Assembly: GCA_963788655.1 (NCBI GenBank)
Contig: CAWBHS010000038.1
Coordinates: 64,001 to 128,000, forward strand
Length of the DNA: 64,000 bases
Source: an uncultured Verrucomicrobiae bacterium
GTDB taxonomy: Bacteria > Verrucomicrobiota > Verrucomicrobiia > Limisphaerales > JAFGQR01
Reading direction: 5' to 3'
How positions within the stretch are numbered: the stretch's first letter is position 1; the number at the start of each line of letters is the position of its first letter. The notes beneath the pieces were generated by a model, which was given only the letters and a program-made list of their open reading frames with translations, did not search any database and was not told where the DNA came from. Both the position numbers and the translations under genes were made by a program. This document shows positions 29,908 through 40,212 of the stretch, piece by piece.

Positions 29908-32052
29908 ATGCGTTTAGTGTCAGTGCTGATACTGGTTTGTTTGTTAACCGCCTGTAAATCACCGGACTCCTCGACCACCTCGAAGACCTCCGGTCCGCCC
30001 TCGCTCGCCACGCTCCAAAAGAAGGCCCGCCAGTTCCAGGCGGTCATCGCGGTGCCGGAATTCAAAACGACACCTGCCGGGGTGCGCCAGTCGGTATCCA
30101 ATACGATCGCCCGCGCCAACGCGGCGTTGGATCTCATCGGCCAACGTGATCACGGGAAAGTCACGTTTGCGAACACGATTCGTGCCCTGGATGACATCGC
30201 GTTCGACGCGGGCCGGATGGGTAACCAGTTGGACCTGGTCAAGGAAACCAGCACCAACGCCGCCATTCGCGAGGCGGCCACCGACGCGATCAAGGTTTTT
30301 CAGGAATGGGCCGTGGGATTGGACTACCGCGAGGACGTTTATACGGCGGTTCAGGCGTTTGCCGACACCCAGCCCCCGCTCACCGGCGAGGACGCCAAGT
30401 TGTTGACGGAAACGTTGCGCGACTATAAGCGCGCCGGTCTGGGCTTGCCCAAAGCGCAGCGGGACGAAGTCGAAAAGATACGCAAGGAACTGTCCCAGTT
30501 GACCACGGATTTCTCCAGTAACGTCACCAAGGCCCGCCAACCGGTGCGGTTCACGCGGGCCGAACTGGCGGGTGTGCCGGATAGCTTCTTGGAACTGCCC
30601 GGCATCAAAACCGGTGACGACGAATACACGGTCATGGCGAATGTCACGTTTCATTTTATCACCGTGATGGAGAACGCGAAGAACGAGGAGACACGCAGGA
30701 AACTACTGCTGGCGCGGTTGACCCTGGCCCGAAACGCGAATGTGCCGCTGCTCCAACAGATTCTCGAACTGCGCCAACGAGTGGCCGCCAAACTCGGGTA
30801 CGCTTCCTGGGCGGATTACAAGACCGAGCCGAAGATGGCCAAGAACGCCGCTACGGCGCGCGAGTTCTGCGAGAATTTGGTGGTTGGATTGCAGCCGAAG
30901 TTCGACCAGGAGCTGAAGGAGTTTGCCGCGTTGAAGGCGAAGGAAACCGACAATCCCAATGCCAAAATCGAATTCTGGGATTGGCGCTATTACAGCAACC
31001 TCTTGAAGAAGGAGAAGTATTCGGTCGATGCCGAACAACTGCGGGTGTACTTTCCGTATGACAAGGTGTTGACGGGCATGTTCCGCATTTACCAGCACAT
31101 CTTCGGGCTAACCTTCGAGCGCCTCGAACCGCCGTACAAGTGGTGTGATGATCTGCAGCTCTATGCCGTGTTGGACACCCAAACCGGCGAGCCGCTCGGC
31201 CTGTTTTATCTCGATATGTTTCCCCGCGAGGGCAAATACAATCACTTCGCCCAGTTCGGCCTCATCGAAGGCAAGCGGCTGCCGAGCGGCCTGTACCAAC
31301 GGCCCACGGTGGCGTTGGTCTGCAATTTCCCTACCCCGCAAGCGAACCAGCCGTCGCTGATGACGCACGACGACGTCGAGACGTTGTTCCACGAATTTGG
31401 CCACGCGCTGCACTCGATTCTCACGCGCGCCAATTACGTGCGCTTCTCCGGCACCAGCGTGCCGCGCGATTTCGTGGAAGCACCGTCCCAGATGCTCGAG
31501 AACTGGGTTTGGGACAAACAGGTGCTGGACAGCTTCGCCGCGGACTACCGCGATCCCACGAAGAAGATTCCCGAAACAATCATCAACCAGCTCAAGGCCG
31601 CAAAGCTGGCTACCATCGGCACGTTCTACCGGCGGCAAATGGCCCTGGCCCTGATCGATCTGGCGTTGCACTCCCAGATCAAATCCGGCGTGAGCGCGGT
31701 CAAGTTGTCGAACAAGATTTTCGGCGACGTTTTTCTGCCGGTGCCGCGCGGGACGACGTTTGTGGCCTACTTCAATCATCTGATGCACTACGACGCCGCC
31801 TATTATGGCTACGGTTGGGCCGATGCCATCGCCGCGGATATGGCCACCGTGTTTGAACAATCGCCCAAGGGCTACGAAGACGAAACCATCGGACGCCGGT
31901 TGCGCGACGAGATTTACGCGCCCGGCGATTCTCGCGACGTGAACGTGTCCATCGAAAAGTTTCTGGGACGGCCACGGTCGCTCAAACCGTTTTTCAAGAG
32001 CCTGGGACTGGGTGAAGCAACCGGTGCGAGCGTGCAAAAACCGCAACCATAG
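29908..32052 (+). CDS. M3A metallopeptidase (thimet oligopeptidase-like) with lipoprotein signal
   Basis: FHEFGHALH, DFVEAPSQMLENW, FYLDMFPREGK, YYGYGW; lipobox LTA-C. Confidence 0.93.
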   Translation: MRLVSVLILVCLLTACKSPDSSTTSKTSGPPSLATLQKKARQFQAVIAVPEFKTTPAGVRQSVSNTIARANAALDLIGQRDHGKVTFANTIRALDDIAFDAGRMGNQLDLVKETSTNAAIREAATDAIKVFQEWAVGLDYREDVYTAVQAFADTQPPLTGEDAKLLTETLRDYKRAGLGLPKAQRDEVEKIRKELSQLTTDFSSNVTKARQPVRFTRAELAGVPDSFLELPGIKTGDDEYTVMANVTFHFITVMENAKNEETRRKLLLARLTLARNANVPLLQQILELRQRVAAKLGYASWADYKTEPKMAKNAATAREFCENLVVGLQPKFDQELKEFAALKAKETDNPNAKIEFWDWRYYSNLLKKEKYSVDAEQLRVYFPYDKVLTGMFRIYQHIFGLTFERLEPPYKWCDDLQLYAVLDTQTGEPLGLFYLDMFPREGKYNHFAQFGLIEGKRLPSGLYQRPTVALVCNFPTPQANQPSLMTHDDVETLFHEFGHALHSILTRANYVRFSGTSVPRDFVEAPSQMLENWVWDKQVLDSFAADYRDPTKKIPETIINQLKAAKLATIGTFYRRQMALALIDLALHSQIKSGVSAVKLSNKIFGDVFLPVPRGTTFVAYFNHLMHYDAAYYGYGWADAIAADMATVFEQSPKGYEDETIGRRLRDEIYAPGDSRDVNVSIEKFLGRPRSLKPFFKSLGLGEATGASVQKPQP

Positions 32053-32087
32053 CCGCGCATGATTTGGCTTCAACCATTTCTTTAAGG

Positions 32088-32327
32088 CGGGGATCGCGCC
32101 CGCCTCGGGCGTCGCCAACCGCCCCCCCTGCCGGTTGGCCCCGGAGCATGGAGGCGAACGAACGTTTGCTTCACTTCAGAAGAAAGCTGCTCGGCGATCC
32201 TGCTCGGAGCGCGGATGCCTACATCCGCACGTTGCCTTCCGTGCCATCGCGCGGATGAGGGCATCCGCGCTCCAATTGTGGTTGGCGGGGCGCCAACCAC
32301 AGCGCCCGAGGCGGGCGCGCTCCCCGT
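32088..32327. repeat. Nested REP-like mosaic: outer inverted pair 32088..32139/32278..32327, inner inverted pair 32206..32228/32251..32273
   Basis: Inner arms ggagcgcggatgcctacatccgc and gcggatgagggcatccgcgctcc differ at 2 positions; outer arms share g.gcgcccgcctcgggcg. Confidence 0.8.
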
Positions 32328-33295
32328 GGGCAAGGGCGGGGTCGCAGCATTGGGTTGCCACTTTGGTTTTCTTGATCGCACTTTCCGTTTCGGTTCGCGC
32401 GCAAACTGCGGACGCTCCCAACGCACCTGCACCACCCGCCGACGCCTGGATCACGAATGCGGTGCAATACCCGGCTCCATTTCAAAACACACAAGTTGCG
32501 GCGAGTAGTTACCGCGACTTACACGCCGAAGTGTTGGTGGGGCAATTGAAGATTCTCTGCCCCGTAGCCGCCACGCCCGCGGGTGGTGGCTTGCGCCTCC
32601 ACGCCAGTATTGATGCGCCCGGGCACTGGCGGGTGAGGGACTGGCGTACCTACCCCATGGTTCGTCACGGGCCACAGTGGGAAGTGGCTCTGCCCGTTTT
32701 CGATCTCGATCTGCCGGTGGTTTATTTCGTGAGCGTGCCCGTGGCCAGGGGCGCGGTGCTTTCGTCCATGCGGATTTGCCATCCGCGCGGTTTGGGAATG
32801 CGCGTTCCCACCCGGCTCTTCTGGTCGTTTCTCGAAGGTTTCGAAGAAGACTTGGACAGTTGGCGGGGGTTGTCGCCCGAGGCGCCGCCGCTGCACACTG
32901 ATCCCGAGGCGCATACCGGCCACGCTGCCCTGGCGGTCGAGATCCCTTATGACAAGCATTCCGTGACGGTGGCCACCACCCGTTTGCGCGGATGGCATTT
33001 GTGGAAACTCAATTGCCGCGGCCTCCAAATGTGGTTGCGCGCGAAAGAAGGAACCGGGCGCGTCCGCCTGTCGCTGTTGGCGAACGCGTTCACGACGAAC
33101 CAGGTGATTTCCGTGTTGCCGCGTGAAATTCCCCTGAGCAACCAATGGGTCAACGTGAGCGTGCGCTTCTCGGAATTTCCCCCGTTGCCGCGTAGCACCG
33201 TGGATTTGCTCGCCATTGAATTCATTGCCCAAGGCCCCCGCGAATTCCTGATGGACGATCTCCGGTTGTTGGCAGGGGAAGAGGAGGGGCTTTGA
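32255..33295 (+). CDS. Hypothetical exported protein with a C-terminal CBM11/CIA30-like beta-sandwich (start uncertain; TTG 32363 is an alternative)
   Basis: Hydrophobic LVFLIALSVSVRA; GLQMWLRAKEG, WVNVSVRFSEF, FLMDDLRLL. Confidence 0.6.
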   Translation: MRASALQLWLAGRQPQRPRRARSPWARAGSQHWVATLVFLIALSVSVRAQTADAPNAPAPPADAWITNAVQYPAPFQNTQVAASSYRDLHAEVLVGQLKILCPVAATPAGGGLRLHASIDAPGHWRVRDWRTYPMVRHGPQWEVALPVFDLDLPVVYFVSVPVARGAVLSSMRICHPRGLGMRVPTRLFWSFLEGFEEDLDSWRGLSPEAPPLHTDPEAHTGHAALAVEIPYDKHSVTVATTRLRGWHLWKLNCRGLQMWLRAKEGTGRVRLSLLANAFTTNQVISVLPREIPLSNQWVNVSVRFSEFPPLPRSTVDLLAIEFIAQGPREFLMDDLRLLAGEEEGL

Positions 33296-33322
33296 GGGGG
33301 CGATGCCGGATGCTGGATGCCA

Positions 33323-33701
33323 GCCCTGCTGCTCGGAGCGGCGCAATCGGGTTTCAATCGCCTGCACTAGTTCGTTGTTGGCCACCGGTTTGGTTAGATA
33401 ATCGTCGGCTCCGAGATTCATCCCGCTGCGCAGATCGTCCTTCTCACCTTTGGCCGTGAGAAAAATAAAGGGAATGCGGCGCGAGCGCCGCCTCGCTTTG
33501 CAGCGCCTGCAGCACGCCGTAACCGTCCAATTCCGGCATCATGACGTCGCACAGGATCAGATCGGGCTTCTGCCGGCGGGCCGCCTCGACTCCCCGGCGC
33601 CCGTTTTCGGCCGGGATGGGATCGTAATCGTGGTAGCGCAGGAGCGTGGTGATGTTCCGGCGCATTTCGGGTTCATCTTCAATCACCAATATCTTTTTCA
33701 T
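33323..33701 (-). pseudogene. Response regulator receiver domain, frameshifted (~33480) and truncated before any output domain
   Basis: KILVIEDE, PDLILCDVMMPELDG, FLTAKG, GADDYLTKP; similarity ends at a 3x heptamer (33302..33322) with no nearby stop codon. Confidence 0.75.
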
Positions 33702-34430
33702 GTTTCACTCCAAAGACGGGAAGTCTGACGGTCACGGTGGTGCCCTCGCCAATCTTACTGTTGACCTGCACGTTTCCGTCTTCGCCGTTCGGAGCGCAGG
33801 CCAACCAGTCGAATCGAGCACTGCCACGGATCAGGCATTCTTCGACATACTGGCGGCCCAGGACGGCTGAACTTTCTCCATTGGGCTGCACGGGGGGCGC
33901 CAGATCGCTCGGATGTTGGCCCAGCAATTCCGCCGCGCTCTGGCGGCGCATAATCCGCACCGCGGCCGGATTGACCTCCAGGAGTTCCTTCTCATCATGC
34001 AGAACCACGCCATGGCTTGAACCTTCGAACAGGACGCGAAACTTCGCTTCGGATTCACGCAGGGTTCGTTCCGCCCGTTTGCGCTCGGTATTGTCAATGA
34101 TGCTGGCGCGAATCAGGTTTTGCCTCCGCCGCCGGCAGGCGCATGAGCCGGACCTCGGTGGGAATCAGGCGGCCACTCGGACGTTGCTGATGGGTCCATT
34201 CAAAAACCGGCATCGCTCCCGCCAAGGCTTCGTCCATCCATTCGCGGGCCAGATCGTTGGAGCGCCGTCCGCCCGGTTGAAATTCGGGGCTGACATCCGC
34301 AGGAGTCAGCTCGGTCAGTTTTTCCATCGGCACGCCGTAAAGACGAAAGGCGTGCTCGTTGCCGAAAAGAAATCGGCCGGGATTCCCGTCGAAAACAACA
34401 ATGGCGTCCGGCGCATGCTCGACAAGCGGG
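33698..34430 (-). pseudogene. PAS-domain sensor histidine kinase remnant
   Basis: LVEHAPDAIVV and RESEAKFRVLFE PAS starts are joined directly to the HATPase tail GNVQVNSKIGEGTTVTVRLP; no H-box. Confidence 0.75.
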
Positions 34431-34617
34431 GAACGATGGGCCTCCGCATCGAGGAAGAAGACACCGCCGAGCGGGTTGTTCACGAAATTCAACGCCTCCC
34501 AGTCCGTGAGATAGCTCGAGCCATAAACGGTGTAAACGCCGGGCGGTCCGGTGATACCGAATCGAAACGCGCCGATGGGCTGCTATCGCGGAAAGGTGAG
34601 TTGGACGGTTAACGGAT

Positions 34618-34770
34618 ACCGCGCATTGCGGCAAACTCCGCCGGCGAACCTGGTGTTCATTCCGGCTAACACCTTCACCATGGGCAGTCCGACGAACGAG
34701 TTGCACCGCATGATCAACGAAGGACCGCAAACCACAGTGACGTTGCCCCATGGATTTTGGATTGGGCTAC
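34618..34770 (+). pseudogene. Formylglycine-generating-enzyme (SUMF1) domain fragment
   Basis: LVFIPANTFTMGSPTNE...EGPQTTVTL..GFWIG, then similarity stops. Confidence 0.65.
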
Positions 34771-34824
34771 CAGCGTTTTCCTCACTCGGCTTGATTCTTT
34801 CCTTGGTAACGCTAGTCTTACCGC

Positions 34825-35081
34825 ATGATTGCGAAAGTTTCAGTGAAGGGACAGACGGTGATTCCCGAAGCCATCCGCGAGCAGGCGCGGATCAAAGCCG
34901 GCGACCAACTGGACGTTGGTTACGCCAATGGTTTGATTGTCATGCGCAAGCGCAAGGCACTGACGCCCGGCGCGCGTCCGCTCATTGATTCTGGCGGGAC
35001 GGGAATTGCCGGAAATGACTTCTGCCGATGAAGCTGCCGTTGACTCAGGCCATTGAACGCGTCCGCAGCCGGCGCAAGTAA
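34825..35081 (+). CDS. AbrB/MazE-type antitoxin (frameshifts in 3' half)
   Basis: MIAKVSVKGQTVIPEAIRE..IKAGDQL; TAA abuts the toxin ATG. Confidence 0.8.
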
Positions 35082-35494
35082 ATGAGGGTCGTTTTCGACA
35101 CGAACGTCGTTGCCAGCGCGAGCTTTTGGCGGGGCAAAGCCCTTTGATTGCCTGACAGCCTGGGCGCAAGGCAAGTGCGAAGCGGTCGTCAGTCCGGCAA
35201 CGCTCGCCGAATATCACGAGACGATTGAAGAACTCTCCCTTCGATATGCCGACCGAAAGCCGGTTGAATGGGCGGATGCGTTGGGCGAATCTGCGCTGCT
35301 TGTTTTTCCCACCGACCGCGCGACCGGCGCAACTCCCGACCCCGACGACGAAATGATTCTGGAATGTGCGTTGGCCGGGGAAGTGGATTATATCGTGACC
35401 GGAGACAAGAAGCATTTGCAGGCATTGCAAGGAATTCCAGGAAATTCAAATTGTGAGTCCCGCGGAGTTCCTGCGTTTGCTGCCGGACAAATGA
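35082..35494 (+). CDS. PIN-domain toxin (frameshifts ~35135 and ~35430)
   Basis: MRVVFDTNV...DPDDEMILECALAGEVDYIVTGDKKHL...IVSPAEFL. Confidence 0.85.
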
Positions 35495-35521
35495 GTCCAC
35501 TGTAAGTCCACTCGTTGGCCA

Positions 35522-35658
35522 ACCGGGCGGCGTTTTTTTCGCAGGCTGCGTTGGCCCGGTGGTCGCAGCCCGCTGCGGGGATGCTCCCGCCGCGCCGCCT
35601 TTCCTGCCCCCCAAGTTCTTCGCCGCAGCACCCCTTGCGATTTTCAGCCAGGCGCTAA
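35522..35658 (-). mobile_element. Possible MITE / IS-end remnant
   Basis: Non-coding and GC-rich with local hairpins; minus strand starts TTAGCGCCTGGCTGAAAATCGCAAGGGG, resembling IS-type terminal sequence. No partner end found; recognition is from memory only. Confidence 0.35.
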
Positions 35659-35956
35659 CTGGAGTGAGACTGAACCGGACGGAGTCAGGGTGCTTCTGTA
35701 TGGCCAGTGTTAGCACCCGGTCATCGCGCATGGCCTTCAACAGAAACCGCCGTTGGGTGATGATCCGTTTTTCGTCCACGCATACGGTTCTCACGGTTGC
35801 AGAGGTTCCGCCGCGTTCTTCCCTGGATTGTGCTGCGGCTGGTCATTTAGACCCAGCCGCGCTCCAAGACCTGCTCCTTCGTCCCATTGTGCCGGCCCGG
35901 CTGCCGGTGCAAACTGGCAGTTGGAATTTTTAAGATGTTGATGATCCCAACGAACG

Positions 35957-36562
35957 ATGAACTCAACCGATCCATTTGAAATGCTGGTGAGCGAGCACTA
36001 CGAGGCGCTTTACCGGTTTGCCCTCGGCCTGACGCGCGCGGAAGCGGACGCGCGGGACTTGACCCAACACACGCTCTACATCTGGGCGACGAAAGGTCAT
36101 CAACTGCGGGATCCTGCCAAAGTCAGGACGTGGTTGCACACAACTCTGCATCACGCTTTCCTCCGTGGTCGTCGCCGGCAGAGCCAATTTCCCCAGCAGG
36201 AATTGGATGGGGCCATCGAGCAACTGCCGGACGCCGCTCCGGTTCTGGCCGATCGATTGGATGCGTTGCAGGTGTTGCCGGCGCTCGCCCAGGTGGACGA
36301 GATCTATCAAGCGCCCGTAGCACTTTTCTACTTGGAAGACTACGCCTACGGAGACATCGCGGAGATTCTCGACGTGCCCGTCGGCACGGTCAAGTCGCGC
36401 ATCGCGCGCGGCATCGCCCAGCTTCGCGACATTCTGTTGTCGGACGATGCACGCGTTTCGACTCCGTTGAACTTGGATACGGAGAGTGGGGCTTTAGTGC
36501 CAGAGCCTTCGTGGAACAAGTTAACGCTTGAAGGATCACATTTGTGCCACGGTCGCGTTTGA
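35957..36562 (+). CDS. ECF sigma-70 factor
   Basis: LYRFALGL...DARDLTQ, VRTWLHT, DIAEILDVPVGTVKSRIARG. Confidence 0.92.
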   Translation: MNSTDPFEMLVSEHYEALYRFALGLTRAEADARDLTQHTLYIWATKGHQLRDPAKVRTWLHTTLHHAFLRGRRRQSQFPQQELDGAIEQLPDAAPVLADRLDALQVLPALAQVDEIYQAPVALFYLEDYAYGDIAEILDVPVGTVKSRIARGIAQLRDILLSDDARVSTPLNLDTESGALVPEPSWNKLTLEGSHLCHGRV

Positions 36563-36581
36563 CTGCGGCATTAACTCAACA

Positions 36582-37982
36582 ATGAAAGGGAATACTCCTA
36601 TGAATTCTACCATGAATACCACCGAAACACTCAAACAGCGCCTCAACGGAACGGTCCTCCTCCCGGGGGATTCCGCTTACGATGAAGCCCGCTCGATCTG
36701 GAACGGCATGATTGACCGCAAGCCGGCCGTGATCGTGCGTTGCCGCACGGAGGCTGATGTAATGCACGCCGTCGCGTTCGCTCGCGAAAACCAGTTCATC
36801 GTCTCCATCCGCGGTGGGGGCCACAATATCGCCGGCCACGCCGTGTGCGACGGCGGGGTGATGATTGACCTTTCCCAGATGAAGAAAGTTTGGATCGACG
36901 CGCCGGCCCGTCGCGCCCGAGTCCAACCGGGGGCAACCTTGCACGCTTTCGACCGCGCCGCCCAGGTCCACGGACTGGCCACGCCGCTGGGAATCAATTC
37001 CACGACCGGAGTCGCCGGGCTGACCCTGGGGGGAGGCATCGGTTGGTTGAGCCGAAAACATGGGCTCACTTCGGACAACCTCTTGTCCGCCCGCGTCGTC
37101 ACGGCTGAGGCGAAAGCGCTGCCCGCCAGTGCCACGTCGCACGCGGATTTGTTATGGGCCCTGCGCGGTGGTGGCGGCAACTTTGGCGTGGTCACAGAAT
37201 TCGAATTCGCTCTGCATCCCATCGGGCCGGACGTTCTGAGCGGCCTGCTGGTGTTCCCGCTTTCCGAAGCCGGCCCGGCGCTGCGCAAATACCGGAACTT
37301 CGTCGCCACCGCTCCGGACGAACTAAGCGTTTGGGTGGTGCTGCGCGCGGCTCCGCCGCTCCCATTTCTTCCGCCGGAGGTGCATGGCCGGACTGTCCTT
37401 ATTCTGGCTTTGTGTCATCTGAGCCCCGAGGAGAGCGGTCGCAAGCTCGTCGCGCCGCTTGAGCAATTTGGGACGCTGCTGGGCCAGCACGTCGGGATGC
37501 AGCCCTTCACCGCCTGGCAGCAGGCGTTTGATCCGTTGCTCACCCCGGGCGCGCGCAATTACTGGAAGACGCACAACTTCTTCGAGCTAAAGGACGGGCT
37601 GCTCGACACGATCGTGAAGTGCGCCACGGGAATCCCGTCGCCGCACTCCGAGCTTTTCGTGGGGCAACTCGGCGGGCAGGCCTCGCGCGTGGCCGCGGAC
37701 GCGACTGCCTTTGGCAACCGGGAGGCCAATTTCGTAATGAACGTGCATGGCCGCTGGGATACGCCCGCCGAAGACCAAGCGGGCATTGCCTGGGCGAGGG
37801 AGGTTTATCGCGCGACCCGGCCGTACGCGACCGGCGGAGCGTACGCCAACTTTCTCACGGCCGAGGAAAGGGATCGGGTGAAGTCGGCCTTTGGCCCCAA
37901 CTATCCGCGCCTCGCCCAGGTCAAAAAGAGTTACGATCCGGAGAATTTCTTCCGGTTCAATCAAAACATCCGGCCCGGCTGA
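36582..37982 (+). CDS. FAD-linked oxidoreductase (BBE/VAO family)
   Basis: IRGGGHN covalent-FAD His motif, LTLGGGIG, LRGGGGNFGVVT, YDPENFFRFNQNI. Confidence 0.93.
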   Translation: MKGNTPMNSTMNTTETLKQRLNGTVLLPGDSAYDEARSIWNGMIDRKPAVIVRCRTEADVMHAVAFARENQFIVSIRGGGHNIAGHAVCDGGVMIDLSQMKKVWIDAPARRARVQPGATLHAFDRAAQVHGLATPLGINSTTGVAGLTLGGGIGWLSRKHGLTSDNLLSARVVTAEAKALPASATSHADLLWALRGGGGNFGVVTEFEFALHPIGPDVLSGLLVFPLSEAGPALRKYRNFVATAPDELSVWVVLRAAPPLPFLPPEVHGRTVLILALCHLSPEESGRKLVAPLEQFGTLLGQHVGMQPFTAWQQAFDPLLTPGARNYWKTHNFFELKDGLLDTIVKCATGIPSPHSELFVGQLGGQASRVAADATAFGNREANFVMNVHGRWDTPAEDQAGIAWAREVYRATRPYATGGAYANFLTAEERDRVKSAFGPNYPRLAQVKKSYDPENFFRFNQNIRPG

Positions 37983-38084
37983 AGCCAGCATTCTTGGCAT
38001 CATGAAGACCACACCTCGCCGCAGCCGCCGTTCTCCACGCCGGCTCCGGCGAGCGCTTTGCTTTCGGTGGGTTATTCCGGCAAA

Positions 38085-38204
38085 GACATCGCCACAATTC
38101 TCGGCGTGCCGGTGGGCACCGTCAAATCGCGTATCACCCGAGGGATCGCGCAACTCAGGGGAATGCTGCTGTCGGGCGGCCCAACCGGAGGCTCCCTGCC
38201 GTGA
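38085..38204 (+). pseudogene. Region-4 remnant of a second ECF sigma factor
   Basis: DIATILGVPVGTVKSRITRGIAQLRGMLLS compared with DIAEILDVPVGTVKSRIARGIAQLRDILLS at 36353; no region 2. Confidence 0.8.
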
Positions 38205-38524
38205 GGCGCCATGGGCTGCCGGGAATGTTGTGCTCTGCGCTCATCACTGGGATTCAACCCGCCAGTTTCGCCCGAGGCAACTCGTGCCCCTACCTTTATT
38301 TGAGCATCTGAAATCAGAAGGTGGACTCGCTGGTTTGGCCACCCGCGATCCGCTAATTAAACTGGGCGTAACTGTGGAAGGCGCGTCCGACACTCCGCCA
38401 CATCACAGAGTGTGGCGATACTTCGCCGTTTTCGAATCGCGCAATTGCTCAACACCAACGATCCCGGCTGACGACTCAGTCATGCTGCCGGTGCGGTTCA
38501 GGCGATCCCAAGCAGCTTGCCCAT

Positions 38525-38570
38525 AAAAACTGCCGGCCCTTCTCCCCCCAACGGGAAAAGGGCCAGCCGG
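38525..38570 (-). terminator. Probable intrinsic terminator downstream of the Gfo/Idh/MocA gene
   Basis: Minus strand GGCCCTTTTCCC / GGGAGAAGGGCC stem followed by GGCAGTTTTT. Confidence 0.55.
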
Positions 38571-38637
38571 ATAAGATCGACATCAGCGACGGAACTACAG
38601 CCCCGCGGGTATAACGTTCGAAAGCACCGTCAAACGC

Positions 38638-40050
38638 TTAGTATTCCGAGTGTTTCTTGATCCCGGGTTCCGGGATGGGATAGAAACCATTGGCGTCCGC
38701 CAGCAACGGCGCCGGCGAATCCATGGTCAGCTTGTCCACGCCCGGAGCGTATTCCTGGTCGGAGTTGAGGAACTCGTCAAGCGTGATTTCCTGGCCGGTG
38801 TGGGCGGCCTTCCGGCCCAGCGAACTGGTCGCGGTCGCCATGACGCCGCGCTCCACTTCGTTGTACGGCTTGTCGTCGCGGATGGCGTCCATCAGGTCGT
38901 TCCATTCGTTCTGGTAAGGATTGCGCTCGTCGGCGGGCACGCTTGGACTCCCAGGTCATCGCGGTCCCGCTGCAAGCTCTGGTCTTTGAACATCCTCGAG
39001 GGCGAGCCCGCAGTCGCCAGTACTTCGAGACGATCGCCGAGCCTTTGGTGCCGTGCGCGTAGCTGGAGTAAATGTCGTTGCAGCCCGTCATGCAGCGGCC
39101 GTCCATGAATGAACTTGCGCGCCGTCGGCGAACGTGTATTCCACCGAGTAGGTGTCGAAGTTCTGATCGACGTAAGGGTGCGCCATTGGGGCTCGTCTTG
39201 TAGTGGCGGCCGCCGAGAGCCTGGGCCTTGACCGGCCAGGCGTTCTTCATCCAGCAGCAGATGGTCGATGAGGTGGATGTAGAAGTCGTTGAAGCACCCG
39301 CCGCTGGCCCAGATGAAGCTGTGGAAGCGCCGAATCTGCCAGAGCAACTCGCTCGGGTTGCCGGGCCACTTTGTCCGAGAAGGCCGAAGCCCACCGGTCC
39401 GTGCATCCGGTAGCCGCGCATCAGAATGATGTCGCCGATTTCGCCATCGTGGATGCGCTTGGCCAGTTCCTGGAGCGCCCGGCTGTGGCGGGACATCAGG
39501 CCCACGCCCACCTTGAGATTCTTCGCCGATGGCCTGTTTGGCGAGATCGATCATGCGGCGGGAGGTCGGGCCGTCGGCCGTGAGCGGCTTCTCCATGAAG
39601 ACGTTCAGCCCCTTCTTGATGGCGTAGGTGAAAGTGCACCCAGCGAAACGCCAGCGGCGTGGTGAAGATGGCGATGTCGCCCGGCTTCAGGCAATCCATC
39701 GGCTTCTGGTAGCCGTCGAAGCCGATGAACTGGCGTTCGTCCGGCACGTCCACCTGGTCGCCAACCGGATTGCGTTTCAGGTTGCTGTAGCTGCCGTCCA
39801 GGCGGTCCTGGAAGACGTCGGCCATGGCGACCAGCTTGACCGGGCCGCGTTTGACCGACATGGCGTTGGCGGCCGCGCCGGTGCCGCGGCCGCCGCAGCC
39901 GATCAGGGCCACCTGGATGGTGTTGTCTTCGGCGGCATGGACGGCCGGCAGAGCCACCCCTGCCAGGGCGGAAGCGGCGGCCAGGCGACCGGTGTTTTTC
40001 AAGAAATCACGACGAGAGGTAGTGTTAGTATTGTTTGAAGATGCGTTCAT
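38638..40050 (-). CDS. Tat-exported Gfo/Idh/MocA oxidoreductase with multiple frameshifts
   Basis: SRRDFLK twin-arginine motif, ALIGCGGRGTGA, MEKP, IHxID, spread over at least 4 ORF pieces. Confidence 0.85.
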
Positions 40051-40212
40051 AGTTGTATGTTGCTGACGCTTGCAAAGCGTTGTCAATTCAAGAAATGAAC
40101 CGTAAGGCAAGCCGGAAGCGGATGCAAGAACGCGGTTAGAACCGACCGTTGAAATCCACCGTTGAAATCCAACTTTACAAGTCGCGGCCGCCTGTGTCAC
40201 TCTCACCCCACT

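Noticed and set aside
32519..33421. 300-aa minus-strand ORF beginning MNLGADDYLTKP
   Set aside because: Only the first ~30 aa are receiver domain; the rest is antisense read-through of the plus-strand gene.
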